From Heteronotia binoei (taxonomy: Eukaryota), in contig NC_083236.1 of assembly GCF_032191835.1 (NCBI RefSeq), positions 1,860,001-1,924,000 of the forward strand: a stretch of 64,000 bases of DNA. Direction: 5' to 3'. Made by a program: the position numbers and the translations under genes. The notes below the pieces were generated by a model. The model worked only from the letters and a program-made list of their open reading frames with translations, had not been told where the DNA came from and did not search any database. Shown here one piece after another: positions 1 to 12,190 of this stretch (positions within the stretch are counted from its first letter, which is position 1; every line of letters begins with the position of its first letter).

Positions 1-2995
1 ATGAAGAATCAGACTTGAAAGAATACATAATAAAAATAATTGCAGAATTTTTAGAGGAAGATCCTGAAGGGAATAGAAATATGTATGACTATATGTATAG
101 AGTAAATTCACTCTATGCAAAAAAGAATAATCTGCCAAGAGATGTGGTCATAAGATTTATGACAAAAGAAATGGTGGGAAAGATCATGAATAAAAACATT
201 GAAAAATCATTGACAATGGGAGGCAGTAGAGTAAGAATTATGAAAGAACTGCCAAGACAAGTGTTAACTGACAGAAAGGCATATAAAAAATTGACAGAAA
301 AACTACGTGACAATGGAATGAGGTATAGATGGATAATATCTGAAGGTTTGAGCTTTGAACTTCAAGGGAAAAAGGATTACAATCACAAATACACAGGAAC
401 TGCGTAGATTTTATGAAGAAAATAAAGAATTTGCACCATGATGGATTACAAATTGATACCTTGGAATGTAAATGGACTAAATTCACCACAAAAAAGAAAG
501 GCAACATTTCATTGGATAAAAAAACAAAATTGTAATATAGTATGTTTGCAAAAAGTGCATATTAGACAAAAGGATTGTAAATTCTTATGGAATAAACAAT
601 TGGGATTAGAATTTTTTACATTGGCTGAACAGAAGAAGAGAGGAGTAGTCTTTTATATTAAACAAGAATTAGACCCGAAATTGGTATTTAAAGATAAAGA
701 TGGAAGATATATAGCGGTAGAAATTACTTTGAATGCCAAAAAAATGTTGTTATTGGGACTTTATGCTCCAAATGGTGCTAAAGACATTTTCTTTAAAAAT
801 ATTACACAACATCTTGATGAAGTGACCTATGAGCAAATTTTATTGATGGGGGAACAATTCAGAATACGATAAATAGATCTGGGAAGAAAAAAAGGATAAA
901 GAAGGGAAATTGCCAAAGTGTTTTTTTGAATTTGTTAAACAGGAGAGTTTGGAAGATATATGGAGGAAGTTTAATCCTGAAGTACGGGACTATACCTTTT
1001 TTTCAGCCATAGTTCTTTATCTAGATTAAAATAGCACCCTTAACTGATTATATGGAAAAAGTTTTGAATAATCCAATTGAAAAAATAGAAATTGAAGTAG
1101 CGATTAATGCAATGAAAATTGGAAAGGCTCCTGGACCAGATGGATTTACAGCAAAATTTTTTAAAACGTTTAAAAAAGAATTAATATCTAAACTTCAAAA
1201 ATTAATGAATGTGATAAAAATAAATGGGAAAATACCAAATACATAGAAGGAAGCAGTAATTTTGTTGATTCCAAAGGAAGATAGAGATGTCACTAATGTA
1301 AAGAACTATAGACCAATCTCATTATTAAACGATTAAAATACACAAGAATTTTAACAGACTGGCTTTAACAATATTTAATAAACTTTATAAAGGAAGACCA
1401 AGCGGGTTTTCTCCCTAAAAAGCAAATAAGAGACAATATTAGAACTGTTGTAAATATTGTAGAATACTATGAAAGACTTCCAGAGAAGGAAGTTGCATTA
1501 TTCTTTGCGGACGCAGAGAAAGCTTTTGATAATTTGAATTGGGACTTTATGTTTTCAGTAATGGAGAAAATAGGCAACAGGGCTGCCACGTTCAGAGCGG
1601 GGCTCATCTAACACGCCTTCGAGAGTCTTCCCCAATTGCTTAACTGACTGTCTCTGCTTCTCCAGGGCAGTCACCTCGGCCTCAAGGGTACGAACTCGTT
1701 CCCTGAGGACCAGGAGCTCCTTACATCGAGCACACACCCAAGACTTCTGTCCTGTGGGCAGATAGTCATACATTTGACAAACTTACCTTATTGTGAGAAC
1801 AAGGAAATCAGGGATCTGGGTTCCTGGTACTTAGGGAGCCCCTAGCCGAAGAGCCACAGGCCAAGAGTCCTTAGCTCTCGCCCTTCGTCTCGTGAGACAG
1901 GATAGGAAAAAGGGATGTCATATAATCAATTACTAAAAATACAAGGCAGTAAAATAGAATTGAATGCTGAAGAGTTGAATAATAAATATGATTGGTTTCA
2001 AATGCAAGAAATAAAAAGTTTGGTGGAAAGCGATGTTAAAACTGAAGGAATAAGACAAGAACAAACAGAAATGGAAAAAGTTCTGCTTGGAGATAATGAA
2101 AAATCAATTTTGAGAATCTTTAAGTTACTGTTAAAATGGTCTACGGAAGATGAAGTAGTGAAATCTCAAATGATTAAGTGGGCAATTAATGTAAATAAAG
2201 AAATACAGATGGACACATGGGAATATTTGTGGAAGAACTCTATGAAACTCTCAACATGTCAGAGTATTAAAGAAAACTGTTTTAAGATGATGTACAGATG
2301 GTATATGACTCCTAAGAAGTTTGCAAAGATGAACAATAAGATGCCAGATAGATGTTGGAAATGTAAAAAACACGAAGGTTCTTTCTACCATATGTGGCGG
2401 ACTTGTGAAAGAGCGAAAAAGTACTGGCAGATGATTCAACAAGAGATTTCTAAGATCTTGGGATACGAATTTAACAAAGTTGCAGAGACTTTTCTGTGTG
2501 GATTACAAATGGAAGAATTTCCAAAAGAAGATAGAACTTTAATTTGGTACTTGCTCTCAGCTGCTAGAACATTGTATGCACAGTTGTGGAAGCAAGAAAA
2601 AATACCAGAGAAATGGGATTGGATTGTAAAAGTTATGACATGGAGTGAAATAGACAAGTTAACAAGAACCTTAAGAGACTATGCTTTAGAAGTATTTAAG
2701 ATGGAGTGGAAAAAGTTCAGAATATATGTAGAAAAAGAGTGGAAAATAAAAGGACATTGGACAATTTTTAATAATGACTAAGTACAAGAGGGAGGAGGAT
2801 ATGAATTTTGGTTCTTATTAATTAAGGGTACCTTTTATATTAAGATTTTAAGTGTATAACCCCGGTGGGGGTCAAGTAATGGGGGGAGGGGTGGGTAGAA
2901 AATAATATATGGGATAGATTAAAAGAAAAGTAATTATTAATGAAGTAAGAAATTGAAATTTATTACCATATGTTACTAATAAAATTGGTTGAAAA
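1..2995 (+). mobile_element. L1-clade LINE, internally deleted: ORF1 C-terminus (to 407), ORF2 endonuclease from 438, RT fragment, ORF2 C-terminus 1915-2781, 3' UTR
   Basis: ORF1 DYMYRVNS..LPRDVVIRF; APE motif WNVNGLNSPQKR; KAPGPDGF; DAEKAFD; C-terminal CWKC..GSFYHMWRTC; G-rich 3' UTR; AATAAA at 2978-2983. Confidence 0.92.
1573..1900 (-). mobile_element. CR1 LINE 5' UTR/ORF1 fragment inside the L1
   Basis: MYDYLPTGQKSWVCARCKELLVLRERVRTLEAEV resembles the zinc-finger/leucine-zipper N-terminus of squamate CR1 ORF1. Confidence 0.7.
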
Positions 2996-3000
2996 CGAAA

Positions 3001-4580
3001 CAAGATGACAAAGTCCTACACCACGACCTGGGACTTCTGCGATTGACTGCCTGGAAAATCAGTTTCTAGATTTTCCCACAGAAGTCTGACATGTTCTTCT
3101 CAATGCCAGAAAGCCTTCCATTAGAAAATCCTACTCTCAAAAGTGGAAGCGCTTTGCAGCATATGCTGCTCAACATAACTTCCTTTCTGAATCATCCTCT
3201 ATAGCTCAGATTCTGACCTACATTTTGTTTCTGTCAAACTCAGGCCTGACCTACTCCTCTCTAAAGGTTCACCTGGCCGCTATTTCAGCCCTTCATCCAC
3301 ACATTGAAGGACGCACTGTCTTCTCTCATTCCACAACACAAGCCTTCCTAAAGGGCATTCTGCATCTTCAACCTCCAGTTCGCCAACTGCAACCCACATG
3401 GAGGTTGTCTCTTATCCTGAGACAACTGATGAAACCCTCTTTTGAGCCAATGGCATCCATTCCAGCGCATCTCTTGTCTTGGAAGATGGCGTTGTTGGTG
3501 GCACTCACATCCAGCAGGGGAGTCAGCGATGTTTGTGCCTTTCGGACAGACCCCCCATACACTGTCTTCCACCATGACAGAGTGGTTTTACGCCCTGACC
3601 CAGCCTTCCTGCCAAAAGTCGTTTCACCTTATCACCTGGGAAAGTCGACCACCCTGCCGTCCTTCTTTCAAAAACTTAGTGATGCCGGGCAACGGACCCT
3701 ACACAATCTTGACGTATGTAGGGCCCTTGCTTTCTACATTGACAGGACACATCCCTTCTGTAAGGACTCTAGACTTTTTGTGGCTTATGGAACACATAAC
3801 CAGGGATACAAAATCTCAACCCAGAGGTTTTCAAAGTGGGTTGTAGTCGCCATTGCCTTATGCTACCAGTTGGCTAAACAACCCGTCCCTGAACACTTGC
3901 GAGCTCGTTCCACACAAGCTGTCCCCACATCATCAGCCTTCTGTAGAGGCATACTGATGGAGGACATCTGTGCCGCTGTGGTCTGGTGTTCTCCATCTAC
4001 ATTTGCCACGCACTACGCCCTAGACGTTTGTGCTCAGCGTGACATATCCTTTGGGGAGGCTATACTTCGCTCCATTTTTGACTGACACCTCCAGCTCCAT
4101 GCCTGTGAGTACAATATTTCTTATTACTTTTACGCAAGTTTAACATGTATTCTCCTATTACAGAACCAGCACCTGCCTCCATGCACTTCAGTTTACCAGT
4201 CACCCATGTGTGGGACTGCACAGAGATCACGATGAAGATAAACAGGTTGCTTACCTGTAACTGATGATCTTTGAGTGGTCATCTGTGTAGTCACACACGC
4301 CCGCCCAGCCTTCCCCGCTGCTGGCTTATTCTCTTCTTTACTCACAGTTTTCTCTACACAGAGGCTAGAAGAAACTGGGTGGGTGGAACGCCTCCCCCTC
4401 ACTCCAAGCATACACAGTGGATGCCTGCTCCCCAGATCGAGCGGGAATGCGCACCAAAACAAACGCCTAGGCTAGCTTTGAATTCTCTGAGGTTGGGTTC
4501 AATTCCAGGCGGAAAACCCATGTGTGTAACTGCACAGATGACCACTCGAAGATCTTCAGTTGCAGGTAAGCAACCTGTTT
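3001..4580 (+). mobile_element. DIRS1-type retrotransposon, 3' part (copy A): end of MT domain, tyrosine recombinase, ICR, right terminus
   Basis: YR ORF 3225-4085; ICR about 4203-4300 with circle-junction point at 4239|4240, complementary to the right end (about 4519-4580). Confidence 0.92.
3225..4085 (+). pseudogene. DIRS tyrosine recombinase (copy A), catalytic motifs decayed
   Basis: FLPKVVS and HY motifs present; RxxE region reads SSRGVSD; HSTR reads RSTQ. Confidence 0.85.
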
Positions 4581-6129
4581 TTCCCCACTAGGATGTAGGA
4601 GCTGCTGCAGCTGACTAGCATTTCATTGGTCTGTGCAAATCCCTGCAGATAAATTCAGGGCAGAGGAATCTCAATGCTACCTGACTAAAAAAAAAAAAAT
4701 TCTCTGGGCTCCTCAGCAAAATCGACAGTGGCTCGCTTGGTCCATAGTTTGGATAAATCTGAAGATGTCTACATGTGCATGTGGAGTGACTGTTGAAGGT
4801 AATCTGATGCAGTGTAGGAAATCCAGTTTCTGATATCTTGTTTGTACACAGTTGTGATAAATTATTCTGGTCCTTTAATTTGGCAAGATAAATATTACTG
4901 GAGTTAATAGGTAGAGTTAACAATACAAAATAAACCTATAAACTCTTAAGTGCTGTTTCTCATTTGAACAGTTGAGGTTTTCCATTGATCTGTAGGCAAG
5001 TATTGTGGAACTGACATTACCCTGGAGGTACACTTTAAAAAAAAAATCCTGCAGTGGTCACTGGTGAAAGAGGTTGCAGGTTTTCAAAGTATTTCAGATG
5101 AAGCCTTCAAAAAGCCTGAACGTATCCCTGGAATCATGGGAAGTACAGAGACAATTCACTTGTACACATCTGGGTGTGACTGCTGGGGGGGGGGGCTTTG
5201 TTTCCACAACCCTGGGGCTGTTTTGGAACTGTGATACATGTTTTATTTATTTGTTTCATGGAAAAAAGGATGGGTGCTTAGGAACTGCAGGAGTACAAAC
5301 TTAGTTATTTTAAAAGCAGAAGAGCAGCACAGGACTCAGCTCTCATCCTCCCCGCTAAATTTTCTTGTAATAGAGAAATTGACAGTTATCAAAAATGCTG
5401 GCCATCTAGCCTAATCACTTTCTCCACTCTTACTGAATAGTGTGAAACTAGAGGAAACTGCTGGAGTTAGGAATGAAAATAATAACACAGCTCTGCCAGG
5501 GAAAGGACTGGAGACTGACTTAAAAAAAAAAATGAAAGCTGAGAATTCAGAGAACCTTGTTAAACAATCATTTCAGCACTACAGCAATATTTCACTATTC
5601 TAGGGGAGTTTTATTTTTTAAAAAACCCACTGAAATCACTCAACTTTGGTGGGGGGAGTTTAATGATGATAGCCCAGTCATTGAAAAGTGGGCTAGAAGT
5701 GAGTGGAACAACAACACAACTGAGAGAAACATTATGCACTAGGAAAACACTGTCCCAAAACCTGCTTCCAGAAAAACATTGGAGAACAAGTGGTCTCGAA
5801 AAAGCCAGGGGAAAAAAACTAGGAGAAAACAAGAACAAGAACAACCAAAGTGATGTGAAAGCTAAAGGCAGAAAAATGGATGAGGAAATCAGGAGATAGA
5901 ACGAAGCAGGATGAGGCCAGAATGAACAGGAAAAAAACACCTAGAAAAAAGCTTTATTCCTCCCCCCACATCCCATGTGTGCTAGTTGGGAAGTTACTAT
6001 TGTGAAGCTGGCTCAGTCCTCATCTGTGGGGGGAGGCAGCAAACAGGAACTTGCTCCACAGAAAGAATATTCTGCATGGAGCCTGATTTGTGTCTGAAAA
6101 GAGAGGGAACTCACATTCTTAAAAAAATC

Positions 6130-6345
6130 TACTTCATTTATACACCATCTTTTCCCTCAGTTGGTCGGGGACCCAAAGTGCCTTATATTGTTCTCCTGCC
6201 ATCCATGTTTATCCTTGTAACAAACCTGTGGTCCCCTGCAGGTTATGCTGAAAGTGTGTCACCCAGCAATTTCTCATGGCAGGGTGGAGATTGGAACCCT
6301 GATCTCCCGAATTCTAGCCTGACACTATACTCGGGCTGGCTCTCA
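6130..6345 (-). repeat. Old tRNA-derived SINE
   Basis: Reverse complement gives gagagccagcccgagtatagtgtcaggctagaattcgggagatcagggttccaatc, a tRNA-like head. Confidence 0.55.
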
Positions 6346-6744
6346 CAAACAAAGCTCTGGGTCTCTGACTGTTTCAGGTTGGTTTGTGAGCATTTGTTGC
6401 TTATTACCTGCTCTGCCCTGTTCATTTACCCTGGGATCTGATGCATGTTCTGGGCTGCCTCAGCAGAGGCCTTGTCAGTGAAGAATAGGACAGATCTCCA
6501 CATTTCATTACCACAGTAATCCGCTGGTGTAAAATTCTTCTGGTGCTTATGGGCCATTCCTGAGGTTGCCACTGGAATCACAGTGCTGGAATGACCGATC
6601 CTTAAAATTCAGGTGAGACCTGAAGATCTCCTAGAATTACAAGTGGTCTCCAGGCAGTAGAGATCAGTTCCTTTGAATAAAATGACTGCTTTGGAGGATG
6701 TATTTTATGGCATTGTTCCCTGCTGTGGTCTCCCACCTCCTCAA

Positions 6745-7030
6745 AGAACCAGTTTGGTGCAGTGGTTAAGTGCACAGACTCTAATCTGGGACAACTGGGT
6801 CTGATTCCCCCACTCCTGCACAAGCAGCTGCTGGGTGATCTTGGGTCAGCCACAAGTTCTCAGCAGAGCTGTTCTCTCAATAGAGCTCTCTCAGTCCTGC
6901 CTCCTTCACAGTGTGTCTGTTGTGGGGAGAGGAAGGGAAAGGAGATTGTAAGCCACTCCCAAACTTTGAGTGAAGAGCAGGGTGTAAATCCAGTCTCCTC
7001 CTCCTCTTCTTCATCTCCACTTCCTCCTCC
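6745..7030 (+). repeat. tRNA-derived SINE (Squam3-like) with (TCC/TTC)n tail
   Basis: Box A-like tggtgcagtggttaag; box B-like gtctgattccc; body matches the copies at 29045 and 30523. Confidence 0.8.
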
Positions 7031-7359
7031 TTCTTGCCTGTTCTCCTCATGCTCCACCTCCAAAATCTCCAGGTATTTCCAAACCTAGCCTTTCCAGTGC
7101 ATAAAACATTACAGTTCTCTTACAGGGCATGTTACGTGATGCTTTTCTGTACAGCATGACTCACATTTAGAAGCTAAACTGGTACACAGAGCTCCATTGC
7201 TAAGCATATGAATAATATAACACTTCAAAAGAAACTTGAAATGTATTATTGACATGTCTGATTTGCATATGTGCAGTTTCTAGAAGGGAGGGGGGGATTT
7301 TAAAGTTCGGTCATTCCAGCACTGTGATTCCGTTAATGTATCGTTTTTCATTTCTGCAG

Positions 7360-7425
7360 GGAAATGATGTTCGGATTATCCTTGGACAGTTTAATGAGGA
7401 AATGGCAGCAAAAGTGTTCTGCTGT
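7360..7425 (+). CDS. GABBR2: GABA-B receptor subunit 2, internal exon ([22 protein letters not shown])
   Basis: tttctgcag acceptor and gtaagt donor; 66 nt, phase 0; peptide matches the GABBR2 Venus-flytrap segment [18 protein letters not shown]. Confidence 0.95.
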
Positions 7426-8760
7426 GTAAGTAAAAACAACAAAAAAGTAGTATTATCTGATCAGTGTCCTTCCCCAAGCAGTGAGATGTTTTAGTTGTGG
7501 AGCTGCTGGGCTTAATTTCCTTTGATGTGAGGGCACTGGAGGCTTGTGATATCATTGTACTATTTGCTTTATTTATAAGCAGAGCCTAGTGGAAAGAAAA
7601 AGGCACTCCCAGAGCAGGTAGCAAATTCAGTGATTTCAGCATCAGTTTCCCAGAAACCAGCAATTGCAGCCAGTTCCAGAGATGGCCCCGAATCAAATTG
7701 TCTTCCTCCCAGACATGAACACACCGTGCAACATAATTGCTGTAGAACCCTGTCCGTGCGAGTGAATTCCCTATTCAGGAAATCATCCACTGACATTAAG
7801 AATCAATATTCTTTCATTGGTCCTGGACTACCTGCAAGAAGAATTCATAGTGATCAAGCAGGCTGGACCAGAGTAGCATTTTAAACATATATTTGGACAA
7901 CTCAAGATATGTTAAGTCTGTCTGAAAACTGAAATTTGTTCAGTCTGCAGTGACAGTTCCCTGATATAAGAGAGCACTTCAGCATAATTTAAAGCATTAA
8001 ATTAAAATGTAGTGTATGCTTAATAGTAAACTTGTAGAGCTAAAGTAGGTGTGTCAAATGTCCAGCCTGTGGGTTAGAACTGGCCCGCCCAGGGCTTTAA
8101 TCAGGCCCATGGGGCTCTTTTTTCCTCCTCTCCCACTCCTGTCCTCACCTTTTGAAGCTCCAAGACTGCTGAAGTTCCCTGCTTTTTCTGCCTTGTCTTT
8201 GCTGACTGCAGCAGGAAGCAAACCTGCAAAGAAATGTAGAGTGGATTTTCCATTAAGGACTCTGCACCCTCTGAGCCCAGAGACCTTAATGGAAAATCCT
8301 TTCCACATTTTCCTTGCAACTTTGTCTGTGCTGCAGTGTGTTTCACTTCCCAGCGTTCCTATGGCCAGCTGAAGCTGTTGCTTCCTGGAGTGGTGTCCTT
8401 GCAAATAAAGGGTTGATATTTGGAGCCCCTGTTGTCTCTGCTGAATGGGCATGAGGACTGCTGCCTAGTGAGTAGTCTACCCTGGGAACCCACAGCCAAA
8501 GGGGGATATTATCATTGTCAACCTGAGTATACCCAGGGTGGGGAGACAAGCTTGCAATGCCCAGCCATTTCATGTTTTCCTAGACAGAGATTTTATATTT
8601 TTAGTTTCTGCTGTGATCCTTGTGCTTTTTCTCAATGTTTTATTTTTAAAATTGCATAGCCAATAGTAGAAGCTTCCACCTCACAGTGGCACTCTCAGAA
8701 AATAATTTATTTAGCCCTGCTCAGAAAAAAAAATTCTGAATTTAACACTATCCTCTAAGT

Positions 8761-9149
8761 CAGCTAGCAACTTTTCCATGTCGGACTGCCCAGGTACCAG
8801 GATGATGCAAACAGGGTCGCGCTTACCTGTAACTGTAGATCATTAGTGGTCACCTGTGCAGTCATGCACCCCTCCCTTCCTGCCCTGCTGGGAGCTCTTA
8901 GCTAAATCTGACGACTACATCTCAATCCAGCGGCCCAGACGAGGACCGAGGGAAGGGCACTCTGCCCCTTCCTTATCATGCTGGAAAAGATGGGAAAGAG
9001 GGTGGGGGATGGGGAGAGCGCCTTCAGATGTCTTTTGGGCTTTGAGAACTTTTCTGTTGTGGGCCTGCACGTGCACCCTGCCAATGTGTGACTGCATGGG
9101 GATCACTGGACCACTGTAACAACAGTTACAGGCAAGCGTAACCCTGTTT
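8761..9149 (+). mobile_element. Degenerate DIRS right-terminus remnant (ICR plus right end)
   Basis: aaacagggtcgcgcttacctgtaactg (about 8810-8836) is complementary to cagttacaggcaagcgtaaccctgttt (9123-9149); spacing matches the other DIRS copies. Confidence 0.7.
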
Positions 9150-10167
9150 TGTTTGTATGTTTGCCTTTAGGGTTTTTAAATTTGGAAGTTTTGCTTTGAT
9201 GTTAAATTGTGAGGATGAGTCTTCACCAAACATGAATTGAGGAATAAAATGACCAACGTAATGCAAGTAAATTAGAGCCATTTATAAAGCAACAGATGAA
9301 ATGATGTCCTGCAACCAGTGTCAGTGGGTGGCATTCCGTGCTCTCGGTTCACCCGGGGGGCCACAGCTTTACCCAAAATGCTGCATTGCACTTTAGCACA
9401 TTTATTTCCAGTTTATCTAGGGTCTGTTTGTTATACTTTCCAGAATTAAGCAGGCTACCCATCTCCCTGGACACCCCAAACTTTTAGCTGTCACTGTCCT
9501 CCTGGCTTGTGTGAGGAGCCTGAGGAAAAGAGATTGCTGGGTATTGGTAGGTGAGACATGGTAGTCCAGCAGGACCTCAGCTGGGTGTAACTGGCCAGTC
9601 CATGATGAGGAGACGACATGCCAGAGAGGGAAAAGGGTTGCTCTGCCTTTTGCTTAACATGTGTGAAAGGGAGGGAGCAGAATTATGCTTGTGGTCCAGA
9701 GACCCCATGCTTTTATGAATCAAGTTTTGGCTGTCATGCTTAGATCTTCTTCGTGGTCTCTGTGCTTCACACCCATGGGATATAGCACCTGCGCCGATCC
9801 CTGAATTGGTATCTGAAAAGCCCGGGATTTTTCCGCGCTCGGCGCCAATGGGCATGCACAGGCGTCCCAGTACGCATGCCCACCGGCGCCAGTGCGGGGA
9901 TCCCGCCAGTTCCTTTCTGACCGCTGCACAGAGAGGTTTGCCTTTCATGTCCCCAGTCGGTGAGATATTGTTTTTTTGCCTTTATCGTTGTAAATAGCCC
10001 GTTTGTTGTTTTTCTTAGCGTAGATAGTTAGTTAGATATAAAAAAAAAAAGTTTGTGTGTGTGTCTGTCGGACTGCCCTCCAGGGCCTCCCCCCCCCCCC
10101 GTTTGTTTTTCCCCAAAGTTTTTTTCCCCTCAGAGGACTCTGAGCGGGTTTTTAGCGACTGGAGTCT

Positions 10168-12190
10168 ATGGAAAGTCGCTGGGGGGGTTTCAAACGCTGC
10201 CGTTCCTGCGGGAAGAAGATTGCCCCCCCAGATGGCCATTCTCTGTGTCTTCTCTGCTTGGATGAAGCGCACCGTGTGGAGTCCTGCCCACATTGCCTCC
10301 GCTTCTCGAAGCAAACGAGGAAGAACCGGGAGGCGTGGCTTTCGGCAGCTCTAACCGAATCGGCACTCCGCCCTCAAAAATCGGCATCGAGCCCATTGGC
10401 ATTGACCATGGCAGACACCCCGGCTCCAACGGTCACATCGGGCGATGTGACCCCGGTCATGACCGAAATGCCCATCGAGCGAGGCTCCTCCCCAAAACGA
10501 TCCCATGACAGATCAGTGGAAATGCCCGCTAAGAAGCGTCGGGATGACTCGGGGACCCGAGCATCCGCTCCGAAGAAGGCCAAGGAAAAGTGGAAGAGGC
10601 CCCGCACTCCATTGCCATCATGCGATGTTTTGGCACCGATTGCCCCGCCAAGGAAGATCCTGGCGTCCCCGTGCCATAGCCCATCGGCATCGAGAGGCAG
10701 TACTCAACAACACCGTCTCTCGATGTCCAAGCAGGAGATCGACCTCACCCAGCGATCCTCGTCATCTGGGTCGCGGCGTCGCAGTAGGAGCGGGTCGATT
10801 TCAGAAGTGGAGGCTTCGGCGCCGATGGATCTGTCTCCCCCGATGGAAGCCAGAGGCAGACGGGAGCTAGAGCCCTCCATGGCACCACACCGTTTCCCAC
10901 CGCTACCATCGTGGGAGCAGCGTCAATGGCTGCCCTCCTATCCGTATCCATACCCTCCTTATCAGTGGTATTCACCGAGGGAATTTGCGGAATGGGATCA
11001 ACAGTCCGAGGCGTCCTGCATGTCAAGGCTGTCACACCATTCCCGAAGACCATCGGCATCGATCTGCTTGCTGATCTGAAAATCGACGCCGATCCTTTCT
11101 GAGCACCAGGAGTCTTCTTCATCGGACTCTGAGAGCGGTGCCGACACCCAGGAAGGCGCTTTGGAGCCTTCGCCAAGGTCCCAGACAACCAAAGATCTCC
11201 CGATTTCGCCATCGGAGGATCTGAAGTCCTATGGTGACCTAGTGAAGAGGATGGCAACCTCCCTCTCCCTGCCTGTGATGCAACCACAACCCGTCATGGA
11301 TGATAGTCTTTGACATTATGCAGAGGGACACATCCACAGCAATTGCTTTGCCAGTCACCAAAGTGATTCTGCAGGCAGTGAAGGAGCCCTGGAAGAAACC
11401 ATCTTTGACTCCAGTGTCATCCAGAAGGCTGGACCATATGTACAGGGTCCAGAAGACGGGGGCTGAGTTCCTTTTCACCCATCCGAAACCGAACTCAGTG
11501 GTCATCTCTTCTTCCTCCAAGGCACAAAAGGTCCACTCATCCCCACCTGACAAGGAGGGAAAGAAGTTGGACAATATGGGAAGAAAGGTTTACTCTGCAG
11601 GGGCCCTAGGAGTAAAGGTATCTAACTATGCGGCTTGCATGGCTGGATACCAGTACTCCGTATGGGAACAACTCACCCCTCTCCTCTCTTCCCTGGGCAA
11701 GGACAAAAAGGCTGCTGTCAGGAAGCTGCAGAAAGAAGGCTTTGCTGTGGCCAAGCAGCAATTGGCTGCAGCAAAGCACATGGTGGACGTGTCGGCAAAG
11801 GCAATCACGTCCGCTGTGTGCATTCGTCGGCACTCCTGGCTACGATCAACAGCCCTGAAGCAGGATACTAGGGCTTTTGTCGAGGACTTGCCAATCGAGG
11901 GGGATGGCCTGTTTAGCACCACCACAAACGGTGCACTGCAGGAGATAGACAAGAGCCTGAAGACCTCTAGGAACCTGGGTGCGCAGGCCACCTCCAGGGC
12001 TCCTAAGGCGAAGCAGTGGCACAAACAGTGGGCCAAGAAGCCTTTCCAAAAATTTTCACCTGAACAGCAATGGCGACCTCGCTCCACCCAGCCTGACAAA
12101 TCATCGTACTCAGGCAACAACAGGAACCGCTATGGTTCTCAGACCACCGGCAAATCCAAGGGTGCTCGCCCTCAAAAGCAGGGCCTTTGA
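10168..12190 (+). pseudogene. DIRS B gag-like ORF1 (N-terminal Cys/His finger, C-terminal LAP2alpha-like domain); one stop, one frameshift
   Basis: CRSC..HSLCLLC..H..SCPHC; DIMQRDTS..RRHSWLRS. Confidence 0.85.

Noticed and set aside
5557-5940. Cluster of short ORFs in purine-rich unique sequence
   Set aside because: No recognisable motif or splice context; consistent with chance
8046-8110. hAT-like MITE end
   Set aside because: Only one degenerate end; no partner TIR or TSD found
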